From Pseudonocardia sp. (lineage in GTDB: Bacteria > Actinomycetota > Actinomycetes > Mycobacteriales > Pseudonocardiaceae): a stretch of 40,426 nt of DNA. Below, piece after piece: positions 19,854-28,871 of this stretch (position 1 is its first letter; each line of letters begins with the position of its first letter). Location of the stretch: assembly GCA_035695525.1 (NCBI GenBank), contig DASRSC010000048.1:1-40426 (forward strand), written 5' to 3'. The notes beneath the pieces were generated by a model, which made no database searches, had not been told where the DNA came from, and worked only from the letters and a program-made list of their open reading frames with translations. A program made the translations under genes and the position numbers.

Positions 19854-20543
19854 ATGACCACGGACGGCCTGGCCGCGGACCGGATGCTGCTGAATCGCAC
19901 GAGCACCGCGGAGCGCGTAGCGGCGATCCTGCGCAGCCGCATCAGCGAGGGGTTCTTCCGGCCGGGTGCCCGCTTGGCGGAGGACACCATCGGGACTGCC
20001 CTCGGAGTCTCGCGCAACACGCTGCGGGAGGCGTTCCGCCTGCTCTCCCACGAGCGGCTGCTCACCCATGAGCTCAACCGCGGCGTCTTCGTCCGGACGT
20101 TGACCGTCGAGGACGTCGTCGACCTGTACCGCGTGCGCGTGCTCGTCGAATGCGGCGTCGTCCGGGCGGTCGATGGGGTGCCGGGAACCGACCGGCTGGT
20201 GGCCGCCGTGACGGACGGCGAGGTTGCGATGCGGCGGCAGGACTGGCAGGCGCTGGGTACGGCAAACCTGAAGTTCCACGAGGGGCTTGTGGCTCTCGCC
20301 GACAGCCCACGTGCGGACGAGCTCATGAGCGGCGTGCTCGCGGAGCTCCGGTTGGTGTTCCACGTGATGGCGGATCCGAGGCGGTTCCACAAGCCGTACC
20401 TGGCGCGCAACCGGGGGATCCTCCATCTACTGCAGCAGGGCGACGGGCCGGCTGCGGCCCGCGAGCTCGAGCTGTACCTGCGGGACGCCGAGGAGCAGTT
20501 GGTAGCGGCGTACCGCCACCTGCAGCCACCGCCCTTCGAGTAG
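19854..20543 (+). CDS. GntR-family regulator (FadR subfamily, FCD domain)
   Basis: wHTH LGVSRNTLREAFRLL...RGVFVR, FCD motif NLKFH; GGAGG RBS before ATG 19854. Confidence 0.93.
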   Translation: MTTDGLAADRMLLNRTSTAERVAAILRSRISEGFFRPGARLAEDTIGTALGVSRNTLREAFRLLSHERLLTHELNRGVFVRTLTVEDVVDLYRVRVLVECGVVRAVDGVPGTDRLVAAVTDGEVAMRRQDWQALGTANLKFHEGLVALADSPRADELMSGVLAELRLVFHVMADPRRFHKPYLARNRGILHLLQQGDGPAAARELELYLRDAEEQLVAAYRHLQPPPFE

Positions 20544-20730
20544 ACCTCCCCCTCAGCGACGCGGGACCGGATCACGTGCCGGCGGGGTGGTGATCGGCCG
20601 GTGGGGGCGGGCCCCGGGTTGCGTAAGATCCGGTTGGCGATGATCACGCGGGATCCACCCGGATCTCGCCTTCGTGCCGGACGGGCGGGTTCGGACCAGC
20701 AGTGGCCGCCGCCGTGCGGGTGGGGGGAAC

Positions 20731-21804
20731 ATGCCGAAGCGAGCCTTCGTGTCATCGGACACCGGTCCTGGGCGAGCCATACCCGCTCCACCCGAGCAGG
20801 GCGTGCCGCCGCGCCGCCCCGACGCGGAGGAGCCGACGTCGCCTGCAGAGCTTGCCGGTGAACCGCGCGTTCCCGGCGCAGCGGAGCTCACCGACGACAC
20901 GATCGTTCGCCGTCGCTCCGACAGGCCGACCGCCGGATGGCGGCGGGTCGTCCACACGGTCAGCGGCGGTGTGATCAATCCCGGAATCGGCTCCGTCGAG
21001 CGCCGTCGGCAGCATCTGACGCTGCGTATCCGCCGGGAGCTTGGCCGCCCGCACAAGATCGCCGTGACGTCGATCAAGGGCGGTGTGGGCAAGACGACGG
21101 TCGCTGCGCTGTTGGGGCTGACGCTCGCCGAGCACCGCGGCGATCGGGTTGTGGCGCTCGATGCGAATCCCGACGCGGGAACGCTGGCCGATCGGCTGAC
21201 CGGCGAGCCCGGCGCGACCGTGCGCGACCTGCTCGACCACATCGACGGCGTCGACGCACTTCCCGACGTCGCACGTTTCACAAGCCTCGCCGGCCGGCTG
21301 CAGGTGCTGGCGTCCGAGCAGGACCCGGCTCGCAGCGAGGCCTTCCACCGCGCGGAGTACGAGCAGGTGTGCGCGGTGCTCACCCGGTTCTACAACATCG
21401 TCATCACAGACTCCGGCACCGGCATGGTGCACTCCGCGATGGACGGCACCCTCGCCGAGGCCGACACTCTGGTGGTGGTGGGTGCGCTGACCCTCGACAG
21501 CGCCAGCCGGGCCAGCAAGACGCTGGACTGGCTGGTGGCCCACGGGCATCGAGACCTGGTCTCCCGTGCGGTCGTGGTGCTCTCCGCCGACCGGACGAGC
21601 AAGGAGCTGGACACGGCGCGGCTGCGCTCGCACTTCTCGGTGCGGTGCCGCGCGGTGGTGGATGTTCCGCATGATCCGCATCTGGCCGCCGGAGGCCGGA
21701 TCGACATGGGCGCCCTGCGACCCGCGACCGCGGACGCGATCCTCGAACTGACCGCGCTGGTGGCCGACGAGTTCGGAAGTTCGCCCGCCGCGCGACTGCC
21801 CTGA
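20731..21804 (+). CDS. MinD/ParA-family ATPase, copy 3
   Basis: SIKGGVGKTT, LDANPDAGTLADR, ITDSGTG, PHDPHLAAGG; ATG 20731 after GGGGGGA. Confidence 0.92.
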   Translation: MPKRAFVSSDTGPGRAIPAPPEQGVPPRRPDAEEPTSPAELAGEPRVPGAAELTDDTIVRRRSDRPTAGWRRVVHTVSGGVINPGIGSVERRRQHLTLRIRRELGRPHKIAVTSIKGGVGKTTVAALLGLTLAEHRGDRVVALDANPDAGTLADRLTGEPGATVRDLLDHIDGVDALPDVARFTSLAGRLQVLASEQDPARSEAFHRAEYEQVCAVLTRFYNIVITDSGTGMVHSAMDGTLAEADTLVVVGALTLDSASRASKTLDWLVAHGHRDLVSRAVVVLSADRTSKELDTARLRSHFSVRCRAVVDVPHDPHLAAGGRIDMGALRPATADAILELTALVADEFGSSPAARLP

Positions 21805-21874
21805 CGATCTTCCGTCCCGGACCACCGGGAAGCGCCCCTCGCCTTCCGGCCGCATCGACGGCACGATCCCCGGG

Positions 21875-22339
21875 GTGAGGATCTTGCTGACGCGAGCGCG
21901 TCTCGTCCTGACCGTTGCCCTGGCGGCACCGGCGCTGCTGGTCACCGGGTGCAGCGCGACTGTCCCCGGCTCGGCGGCGCCTCAGGCGGGCGGAGCTTCG
22001 GCGCCACCCTCGCCGACGTCGTCGCCGAGGGTGGCGCCGCCGTCACCGGCACCGGTGTCGCCGACCGACGGATGCACGGTGTCCGTATCGGGTCCGGGTC
22101 GGCTCAGCATGACCGGCAGCGGCCGCGCATCGTCCACGCAAGGCTCGATCTCGTTCTCGTGCGGCACGGGGCCACTCGTGGCGATCACAGCGATTCGCGA
22201 CGGCGGAGTGTCCTTCTCCGCGGACGGAGCAGAGACGGCGGTGACGAAAGGTTCGATGGCCGCGGTCGGTCCGTATCAGATCTCGGTGATCGACGCCGCT
22301 GGTGATGCCGCCCGTTTCCAGGTGGTCCCGCCCGACTGA
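21875..22339 (+). CDS. Putative lipoprotein with Pro/Ser linker and small beta-rich domain
   Basis: Signal peptide with lipobox LVTGC, P/S/A-rich linker, about 90-aa domain with two Cys. Confidence 0.75.
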   Translation: MRILLTRARLVLTVALAAPALLVTGCSATVPGSAAPQAGGASAPPSPTSSPRVAPPSPAPVSPTDGCTVSVSGPGRLSMTGSGRASSTQGSISFSCGTGPLVAITAIRDGGVSFSADGAETAVTKGSMAAVGPYQISVIDAAGDAARFQVVPPD

Positions 22340-22461
22340 GAGCCGGACGCAACCGGACGGCGTAGGCCCGGCGTCGGCGACGAATCGCACGAGCCCGGAG
22401 CGTACGAAGCGGTGGAGCCGCCCGGGTCCATCCCGGACGGCTCCACAAACGATTCCGCGCC

Positions 22462-23208
22462 CTACCGCACCCGGCCCGCGCCCTTCCGGCCGCTGACCCA
22501 CTCCTCGTCGGTCATCCGCAGCGCCGCGACGCCGACCAGGATCAGGAACAACCCGAGACCGGCCCCGGAGATGATGTTGGGAAGGGTGCCGAAGGGCACG
22601 ACCATGGGGAGCACGGTGCCGACCACCAGCGGGACGGCGCCGAGCCAGTGGAAGAACCCGGCCCGCCAGGCGGAGATCGCCGCGACGAGCATGCCGACGA
22701 ACATCGCGAGGATGAAGGGCCCGCCGATGAGGAAGCTCAGCGGCAGCGCCTGCGCGGCGTCGGAGACCCGGACCGCGTCCTCCGGTGGCAGCGACTGGCG
22801 GATGGCGATGTCGTAGAAGTCGGTCACCAGCAGCCCGGGCAGAGCGAGCGCACCCACCAGCGACAGGGCCAGCCCAATGTTGCCGCTGACCGTCCAACGC
22901 CGCCGGGTCATGATCCCGAGCGCGAGCAGCGCCGGGACGATGCCCAGGTAGCCGTAGTGCAGCAGGAGCGCGGCGATCTGGCTGCGGAACGGGTCGACGA
23001 CCAGTGAGTCCAGATAGTCCAGCTTTTCGGGCCCGACCTCCCAGACCGTCGTCGCGAAGCCCGCGGCCGTCAGCGCGCCGCCGGCCACCGCGGCCAGCCC
23101 CATCGCCCGGCGGCGGAACCGGGTGGCGGGCGCGGTGGTGAGGACGCCCGTGCCGTCGATGGCAGCCGCAGCGACGGGTGCGCTCGGGCCGAACTCGGTG
23201 GCGGTCAT
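22462..23208 (-). CDS. Multi-pass membrane protein (possibly DUF4386-like)
   Basis: 248 aa from ATG 23208 with AGGAG RBS; about 6 hydrophobic helices; divergent from the response regulator. Confidence 0.8.
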   Translation of the reverse strand: MTATEFGPSAPVAAAAIDGTGVLTTAPATRFRRRAMGLAAVAGGALTAAGFATTVWEVGPEKLDYLDSLVVDPFRSQIAALLLHYGYLGIVPALLALGIMTRRRWTVSGNIGLALSLVGALALPGLLVTDFYDIAIRQSLPPEDAVRVSDAAQALPLSFLIGGPFILAMFVGMLVAAISAWRAGFFHWLGAVPLVVGTVLPMVVPFGTLPNIISGAGLGLFLILVGVAALRMTDEEWVSGRKGAGRVR

Positions 23209-23342
23209 TCGTGTTCTCCTCGGGTGAGCGGGGTGGCACTGGTGGCGCGGAGTGGATGACCCGGCGGGAGGCCGGTGTCCGATGAGGAGAACTCTGCTCG
23301 GCACGGGGTTCGAAGAGGACCGTGTTTCCTTGCCGATCCGCA

Positions 23343-23358
23343 GTGTGGCCAGCACCCG
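23343..23358. promoter_or_regulatory. Degenerate copy of the GTGGTGCTAGCACCAC palindrome
   Basis: GTGTGGCCAGCACCCG, 11/16 match, in the divergent promoter region; weaker copy at 23367-23382. Confidence 0.45.
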
Positions 23359-23403
23359 GGCGACAGGTGCGGCCAGTGCGATTGTGCCGTTTACGCTGTG
23401 CGC

Positions 23404-24063
23404 GTGATGATCAGTGTCGTACTGGCCGAGGACAACGCGCTGCTCCGGCACGGGCTCGTCCGACTCGTCGAAGCCGATGCGGACCTGACGCTGGCCGGCT
23501 CCGCGGGTGACCTGCCCACGTTGCTGGACCTGGTCGAGAAGCACGACCCGGACGTCGTCGTGACGGACATCCGGATGCCCCCGACGAACACCGACGAGGG
23601 CATCGCGCTGGCCGCGCAGCTGCGGACCAGCCGTCCCCAGACGGGCGTACTGCTGCTGAGCCAGTACGCCGAGGCCGCGTACGCGCTCAGATTGCTCGCC
23701 AACGGCACCGCGAGACGGGGCTATCTGCTCAAGGAGCGGGTGGCTGACGGCGACGAGCTCACCGACGCGATCCGACGCGTCGCCGAGGGCGGCTCGGTCA
23801 TCGACCCGATCGTGATCGAGGGCCTCGTGGCCGCCAACCGGGCCGCGCCGTCCGAGCTCGATGCGCTGACTCCCCGCGAGCTCGAGGTGCTCGGCGAGAT
23901 GGCGCAGGGCAAGAGCAACGCCTCGATCGCCGCCGCGCTGGTGCTATCGGAGCGCGCCATCGAGAAGCACACGAACTCGATCTTCTCCAAGCTCGGTCTG
24001 TCGGAGGAGCGCGACCTCAACCGCCGGGTCAGCGCGGTCCTCGTCTACCTGCAGAACCGTTAG
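23404..24063 (+). CDS. NarL/LuxR-family DNA-binding response regulator
   Basis: LAED, DVVVTDIRMPP, GYLLKE receiver; LTPRELEVL...GKSN..IA HTH; TACGCT 6 nt before GTG 23404 (leaderless). Confidence 0.95.
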   Translation: MMISVVLAEDNALLRHGLVRLVEADADLTLAGSAGDLPTLLDLVEKHDPDVVVTDIRMPPTNTDEGIALAAQLRTSRPQTGVLLLSQYAEAAYALRLLANGTARRGYLLKERVADGDELTDAIRRVAEGGSVIDPIVIEGLVAANRAAPSELDALTPRELEVLGEMAQGKSNASIAAALVLSERAIEKHTNSIFSKLGLSEERDLNRRVSAVLVYLQNR

Positions 24064-24256
24064 GAGCGCGCTGAACAACCCGGCCCTACTGCGCGGCGCC
24101 CGGCCGGCGCCCTCGCCGCGTTGTCGTCGGGCCCGATACAACAGCGGTATCGGCCTCCTCCGCCTTGCGACGCCACCAGCTGGATCACCGCTCGCTACGG
24201 GGGAACTTTTCAGCACCCTTCTGCCCGGCCACGGGGTTGTCTCCTGGTCGAGGGGG

Positions 24257-24272
24257 GTGGGGCCAGCAACAC
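24257..24272. promoter_or_regulatory. Copy of the GTGGTGCTAGCACCAC palindrome
   Basis: GTGGGGCCAGCAACAC, 13/16 match, upstream of the receiver-only gene. Confidence 0.55.
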
Positions 24273-24332
24273 CCTGCGCGTGCCTGCGAGCCTCCTCGGC
24301 GCGATGACCCCATCAGCATCACACTGGGCGGC

Positions 24333-24752
24333 ATGAGCACGCAGCGGGTCGTCCGGGTTCTGGTCGTGGACGACCAGCGGCCGTTCCGGTTCGCCGCGGC
24401 CGCGGTGCTGGCCCGGATGCCGGGCTTCGAGCTCGTCGGCAAGGCCGACACCGGTGAGGACGCGGTGGTCGCCGCCGCGAGCCTCCGCCCGGACCTGGTG
24501 CTCATGGACGTGCGGCTGCCCGGGATGAGTGGGATCGAGGCGGCCGGACTCGTCGCGACCGAGGTACCGGGGGTCGTGGTGATCCTGTGCTCCACCTACG
24601 CCCGCGACGACCTCCCGTTCTCCCTCGACGCGCCGGGCGTCGCCGGCTACCTGCACAAGGAGGAATTGCGCGCGCCGGTGCTCCGCGAGCTGTGGGAGCG
24701 GTGCAGGTCGTCGACCCCTGCCGCCTCCGGTCCGACCGACGCCGCTCGCTGA
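24333..24752 (+). CDS. Single-domain response regulator (receiver only)
   Basis: VVDD, DLVLMDVRLPG, CST, YLHK; no output domain; start moved to ATG 24333. Confidence 0.9.
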   Translation: MSTQRVVRVLVVDDQRPFRFAAAAVLARMPGFELVGKADTGEDAVVAAASLRPDLVLMDVRLPGMSGIEAAGLVATEVPGVVVILCSTYARDDLPFSLDAPGVAGYLHKEELRAPVLRELWERCRSSTPAASGPTDAAR

Positions 24753-24772
24753 GGCCCCCGTCAGCGCCCTCG

Positions 24773-27130
24773 TCAGCGCCCCTGCAATGCGACGGCCGGC
24801 GGCGTGCGCGCCGCCCGGCCTGCGGGAACCACCGACAGCAGCAGCGCCCCGAACAGCACCGCGGGCACGATCCACAGCAGCCGGGGCGGCACCGCGACGT
24901 CCCCGGCCACCCCGGTCGCGGTGGCCACCTGCCACCACAGCACCCGTGCGGCGCCCAGCCCCAGCGGCACCCCGACCACCAGTGCGGGCACCACGGTGGC
25001 ACCGGCCATCACCGCCAGCGTCGCCCGCACCTGTCCGGGGGTCGCACCCAGCACGGACAGCACCGCCACGTCCCGGGCGTGCCGCCGGGCCGCGGTGACC
25101 AGTGAGTGGATCATCCCGGAGCCGGCGACGGCGGCCAGCACCAGTGCGAGCAGCTCCGGCAGCATCAGCAGGTCGGCCAGGTTGCGCACGCCGTCGGGGG
25201 TCTCCCGTTCGAAGATCTCCAGATCCCGGGACAGTTCCGCGAACAGCAGCCCCGCCTGCCCGGGCACTGCCTGGATGCCGGCATAGATGAGCGGCGGTCC
25301 CTGCACGAGCTCCGACAGCTGGTCGCGGGTGACCACCACGCCGTCGCCGAGACCACCCCGCTCCTCCGACCTGGTGACCATGATGCCGGTGACGACGAGC
25401 CGGACGGTTCCGCCCGCCGGCCGATCGAACTCGATCGAGTCGCCGGGGATGAGCTGCAACCGGTCGGCGAGTCGCGGACCGAGGGCGATCTCGCCCCGCA
25501 GCAACGGCTCGTGCCCCTGGAGGGTCGCCACGGGGATCGCACCCTTTCGGGGTTCCCGCGCGGTCGCCTCCACCATCGGGCCGCCGCTGATCTGCACGTG
25601 ACCGGACGCGCTGACGTCGAGCGCACTCACCCGCGGGTCGGCCACCAGCCGCGCGAGATCGGGTTCGCGGGCGTCGGTGAGCTGCAGGTCGGCCGCCTGC
25701 CCGTAGCGCGCCGGGGTATCGACCAGGCGCTGCAGGCTTGCCCCGAACGCCAGCGCGGCGACAACGCCGGCGACCGCCAGTGACGCGGCGACGACGGCGG
25801 CGGCTGCCGGCACCCCCTGGGTGCCGCGGCGCCCGTGCAGCGCGAGGCGCACCCCGACCAGCAGCGCGGGCCAGCGCCGGCCCCACGTCACCGCGGCAGG
25901 CGGGCGGGCGGGTTGGGGGCGCCTTCGCTTCCTGCTCCCGGCGAGCGCCACCGCGATCGCGACCAGCAGCAGGAAGACGGCGACGAGCACGCTCCCGCCG
26001 AGGACCGCCAGATCCCACTGGGGCCGGAACCCCATCGCGGGCTCGAACCGGGCCTGACTGCCCAGTGGTTCGAGCCAACCCGCCGCGATCACCAGCCCGC
26101 CACCGACCACGCCTCCGGCCACCGCGCCGCCGAGCGCCGCGAGGACCCGGGAGCCGACCCGTTCCACGGCTGCCATCCCCAGGGCGAACTCGACCTCCTG
26201 GGTGTTGCGTCGTGACCCGTGGAGGCGTGTCAGGCCCTGGCCCACCACCTGCAATCCGCCGAGCGCCAGCACAGCGGCGAACACGACCAACCCGATGACC
26301 AGCACATTCTCCGCGGCGGTGACCGCGGGATCGATGGTGGCGGACGGTAGGTCGACGAATGGCTTGAGGTACTGCGCGGCGATGGAGGGCGATCGGGCGT
26401 CGGCCGCCGTGGAGGCGGCCACGAAGGCGTCGGTGAACGACTGTGCGGCGCCGGGCTCGTCGCGCAGCCGAACGAACGCGCCGATCGCACCCGCGTCGGC
26501 GGCGTAGCGCTGCGCGAACGCGGGACTGGTCAGCATGTTGCACAGTGCGCCGCTCCACTCCGGCATGCGCCCGACGCCGACGACCCGCATCCGCACCTCG
26601 GGCCCGTCCGGCTCGCCGAACCCGACGTCGAACATCGAGATCTCGCGCAGGGTCAGCATCTTCACGGTGACCTCGGAGCCGACACCTAGACCGGTCATCG
26701 CGGCGATCGGCTCGCTGAGCAGCAGTTCGTCGAGCGAGTCCGGGGCCGGCTCGCGGCCCTCGACGACGACGGGCCGCACGAGATCGGGCGGATCGGCGGG
26801 CCCCGCGCCGACGGAGACGAACCGCAGGGCGGGCCCCTCGATCCGGGCGACCCAGGTGTGGACGAGCCGGGCCTGCGCCACCCCCGGCAGCGTCGGAACG
26901 GCTGCGGCGAGCTCCGGCTGGTCGGTGGGTACGAGGACGCGGGCATCGTCCAGGCCCACCGCCTGGACCAGCCGCGGGTAGGCGGTGGCGGTGCGTTCCG
27001 CGAGCGCCACCGCACCCAGCACCATCCCGCCGACGAGACCGAACAGCAGCCCGAGCGCCAGTAGCCCGCGCCACCCCGTGCGCAGTTCGGCACGCGCCAC
27101 GGCGCGCACCGCCCCCAGCCGGCCGCCCAC
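24773..27130 (-). CDS. FtsX/MacB-type ABC transporter permease (duplicated)
   Basis: Two repeats of TM + large extracytoplasmic domain + 3 TMs; RDVAVLSVLGAT and PAGRAARTPPAVAL FtsX signatures; GTG 27130 chosen. Confidence 0.88.
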   Translation of the reverse strand: MGGRLGAVRAVARAELRTGWRGLLALGLLFGLVGGMVLGAVALAERTATAYPRLVQAVGLDDARVLVPTDQPELAAAVPTLPGVAQARLVHTWVARIEGPALRFVSVGAGPADPPDLVRPVVVEGREPAPDSLDELLLSEPIAAMTGLGVGSEVTVKMLTLREISMFDVGFGEPDGPEVRMRVVGVGRMPEWSGALCNMLTSPAFAQRYAADAGAIGAFVRLRDEPGAAQSFTDAFVAASTAADARSPSIAAQYLKPFVDLPSATIDPAVTAAENVLVIGLVVFAAVLALGGLQVVGQGLTRLHGSRRNTQEVEFALGMAAVERVGSRVLAALGGAVAGGVVGGGLVIAAGWLEPLGSQARFEPAMGFRPQWDLAVLGGSVLVAVFLLLVAIAVALAGSRKRRRPQPARPPAAVTWGRRWPALLVGVRLALHGRRGTQGVPAAAAVVAASLAVAGVVAALAFGASLQRLVDTPARYGQAADLQLTDAREPDLARLVADPRVSALDVSASGHVQISGGPMVEATAREPRKGAIPVATLQGHEPLLRGEIALGPRLADRLQLIPGDSIEFDRPAGGTVRLVVTGIMVTRSEERGGLGDGVVVTRDQLSELVQGPPLIYAGIQAVPGQAGLLFAELSRDLEIFERETPDGVRNLADLLMLPELLALVLAAVAGSGMIHSLVTAARRHARDVAVLSVLGATPGQVRATLAVMAGATVVPALVVGVPLGLGAARVLWWQVATATGVAGDVAVPPRLLWIVPAVLFGALLLSVVPAGRAARTPPAVALQGR

Positions 27131-27131
27131 C

Positions 27132-28871
27132 TCAGATCGCCATCGTGGATCCGTTGGACGCGCTGTCCGCACCACCCGCCCGGCGGGGGTCCACGGGAAT
27201 GGTCACCAGGCCCGTCACCGCGGCCGACGGGCGCAGCGTGGCCGCGCCGAGCGGGACCCGGCCGGTGACTCTCGTACCCTCGCCCGCGGCCGAGCGCAGC
27301 TCGATCGAGCCGCCGATGGCCCCGAGCCGGTCGGCCATGTTCTGCAACCCGGCACCGGCGGCCATGCCGCCGACGTCGTACCCGGGGCCGGTGTCGGCGA
27401 CCGCGAACCGCAGCTCCTCAGCGGTCTCCTCGAGGGTCACGGTGACCGTCGAGCCGGCGGCATGCTTTGCGGAGTTCTGCAGTGCCTCGAGGCAGCAGAA
27501 GTACACCGCAGCCTCCGTCTGCTCGGGATGTCGGCGCAAACCGCCGACCTGCACCGAGACCGCGAGCGGGCTGCGCATGGCCGCCGCCCGCAGCGCCTCG
27601 CCGAGTCCGGCGTCGCGCAGCAGCGGCGGGTAGATGCCGTGCGCGAGATCGCGCAGCGCCTGGATGGATTCGCGCACCCCGTGGTCGAGCTCGTCGAGTA
27701 GCTCGAGGTTCGCCTCGGCGGCCGAACCGTCGCCGCCCTGCGCCGCGTCGTCGGTGTCGCCGCCGGGGGCCACATCCTGCAGCCCGTCCCGCACCAGCCG
27801 CAGCCCCACGGCCAGCGCGACGAGGTGCTGCTGCGCCCCGTCGTGCAGGTCGCGCTCGATCCGGCGGCGTTCGGCGTCAGCGGCGTTCACCAGGCGAGTG
27901 CGGGAGGCCTGCAGCTCGGCGTTGCTGCGTCGCAGGTCGGCGAGCGTGGCCTGCAGGGCCTCGTCGAGCGCGCGGTTGCGCAGCACGATCGCGAGCCGGT
28001 GCGCCACCTCCGCGAGTGCTCGCTCGTCGGCGGCGGTGAACGTGTCGGCGTCCAGTGCCCGCTCGATGATCACCAGGGCGAGTACTCGGCCACCGTGCAC
28101 GGCCGGGGCCAACCGGAGCTGGCGCGTGTCGTGCCCCGTCCCCAGCGGCCCGGGCAGCAGCCGCGGCAACCACAACCGCAGCCATCCGGGGCCCGCGACA
28201 CCCGCCCGCTCCAGCGTGGACAGTTCGTCGCCCTGCAGCGGCGCCGGTTCGGGGGCCGGGCTGTGCAGGGGCTGCGGGACCACCAGGGTGCGGGCCAGGC
28301 CGGGGCCGTCGGCCTCACCCGTCCAGATCTGCACCGAGGACAGCCGCCAGTCCCGCCGCATCGACTCGGCGAGCCGGCGCAGCAGGTCGTCCACGGGCGT
28401 GCCGCGGCCGGCCCGCTCCGCGAAGTCGGCGAGCAGTTCGTCCGGCGACCGCTGGCCACCGTTCAGCGCCGATCGCGCGGAGTGTCCGGCCCGGCGGCCG
28501 AGCGGCCCGGCGAGCGTGGCCACCACCAGCATCGCGATCAACGCCGGGTTCACCAGAACCCGCTGTGCACCGATCGGCAGTCGGCCGAACACCAGCAGCA
28601 TCGTGATCAGACCGGCGCACACGGCCACAGCGAGGCCGGCCCATGCGGACGCGCCGACGAGCACGAGGGTGCTCGCCCGGCGGGCCGGCGCGCTGAAACC
28701 CGCGCCGATCCCGAGCAGCAGCGGTCCGAGCGCCAGCGCGGCGGTCACCGGCCACGATGGACCACCGCCGAGCAGCCCGACGCACACGCCGAGCGCCGTG
28801 ACGCCAACGGTGACCATCAGTCCGGACAGGATGAGCGACCGCCGGGCCCGGCGGCGGGGGGCTGCGCTCAC
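27132..28871 (-). CDS. Membrane sensor histidine kinase (HisKA_3, GAF-like linker, HATPase)
   Basis: H-box ERRRIERDLHDGAQQHL, N-box EALQNSAKHA, DTGPG, GAGLQNMADR; about 4 N-terminal TMs; GTG 28871 overlaps the ATPase stop. Confidence 0.92.
   Translation of the reverse strand: MSAAPRRRARRSLILSGLMVTVGVTALGVCVGLLGGGPSWPVTAALALGPLLLGIGAGFSAPARRASTLVLVGASAWAGLAVAVCAGLITMLLVFGRLPIGAQRVLVNPALIAMLVVATLAGPLGRRAGHSARSALNGGQRSPDELLADFAERAGRGTPVDDLLRRLAESMRRDWRLSSVQIWTGEADGPGLARTLVVPQPLHSPAPEPAPLQGDELSTLERAGVAGPGWLRLWLPRLLPGPLGTGHDTRQLRLAPAVHGGRVLALVIIERALDADTFTAADERALAEVAHRLAIVLRNRALDEALQATLADLRRSNAELQASRTRLVNAADAERRRIERDLHDGAQQHLVALAVGLRLVRDGLQDVAPGGDTDDAAQGGDGSAAEANLELLDELDHGVRESIQALRDLAHGIYPPLLRDAGLGEALRAAAMRSPLAVSVQVGGLRRHPEQTEAAVYFCCLEALQNSAKHAAGSTVTVTLEETAEELRFAVADTGPGYDVGGMAAGAGLQNMADRLGAIGGSIELRSAAGEGTRVTGRVPLGAATLRPSAAVTGLVTIPVDPRRAGGADSASNGSTMAI

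Noticed and set aside
24760-24782. Duplicated CGTCAGCGCCC at a convergent gene junction
   Set aside because: Two copies only, at 3' ends and not in a promoter; likely local slippage.
24210-27074. 954-aa Arg/Gly-rich ORF; similar long ORFs at 13602-15509, 31329-33356 and 34701-36731
   Set aside because: Off-frame or antisense translations over recognisable genes.
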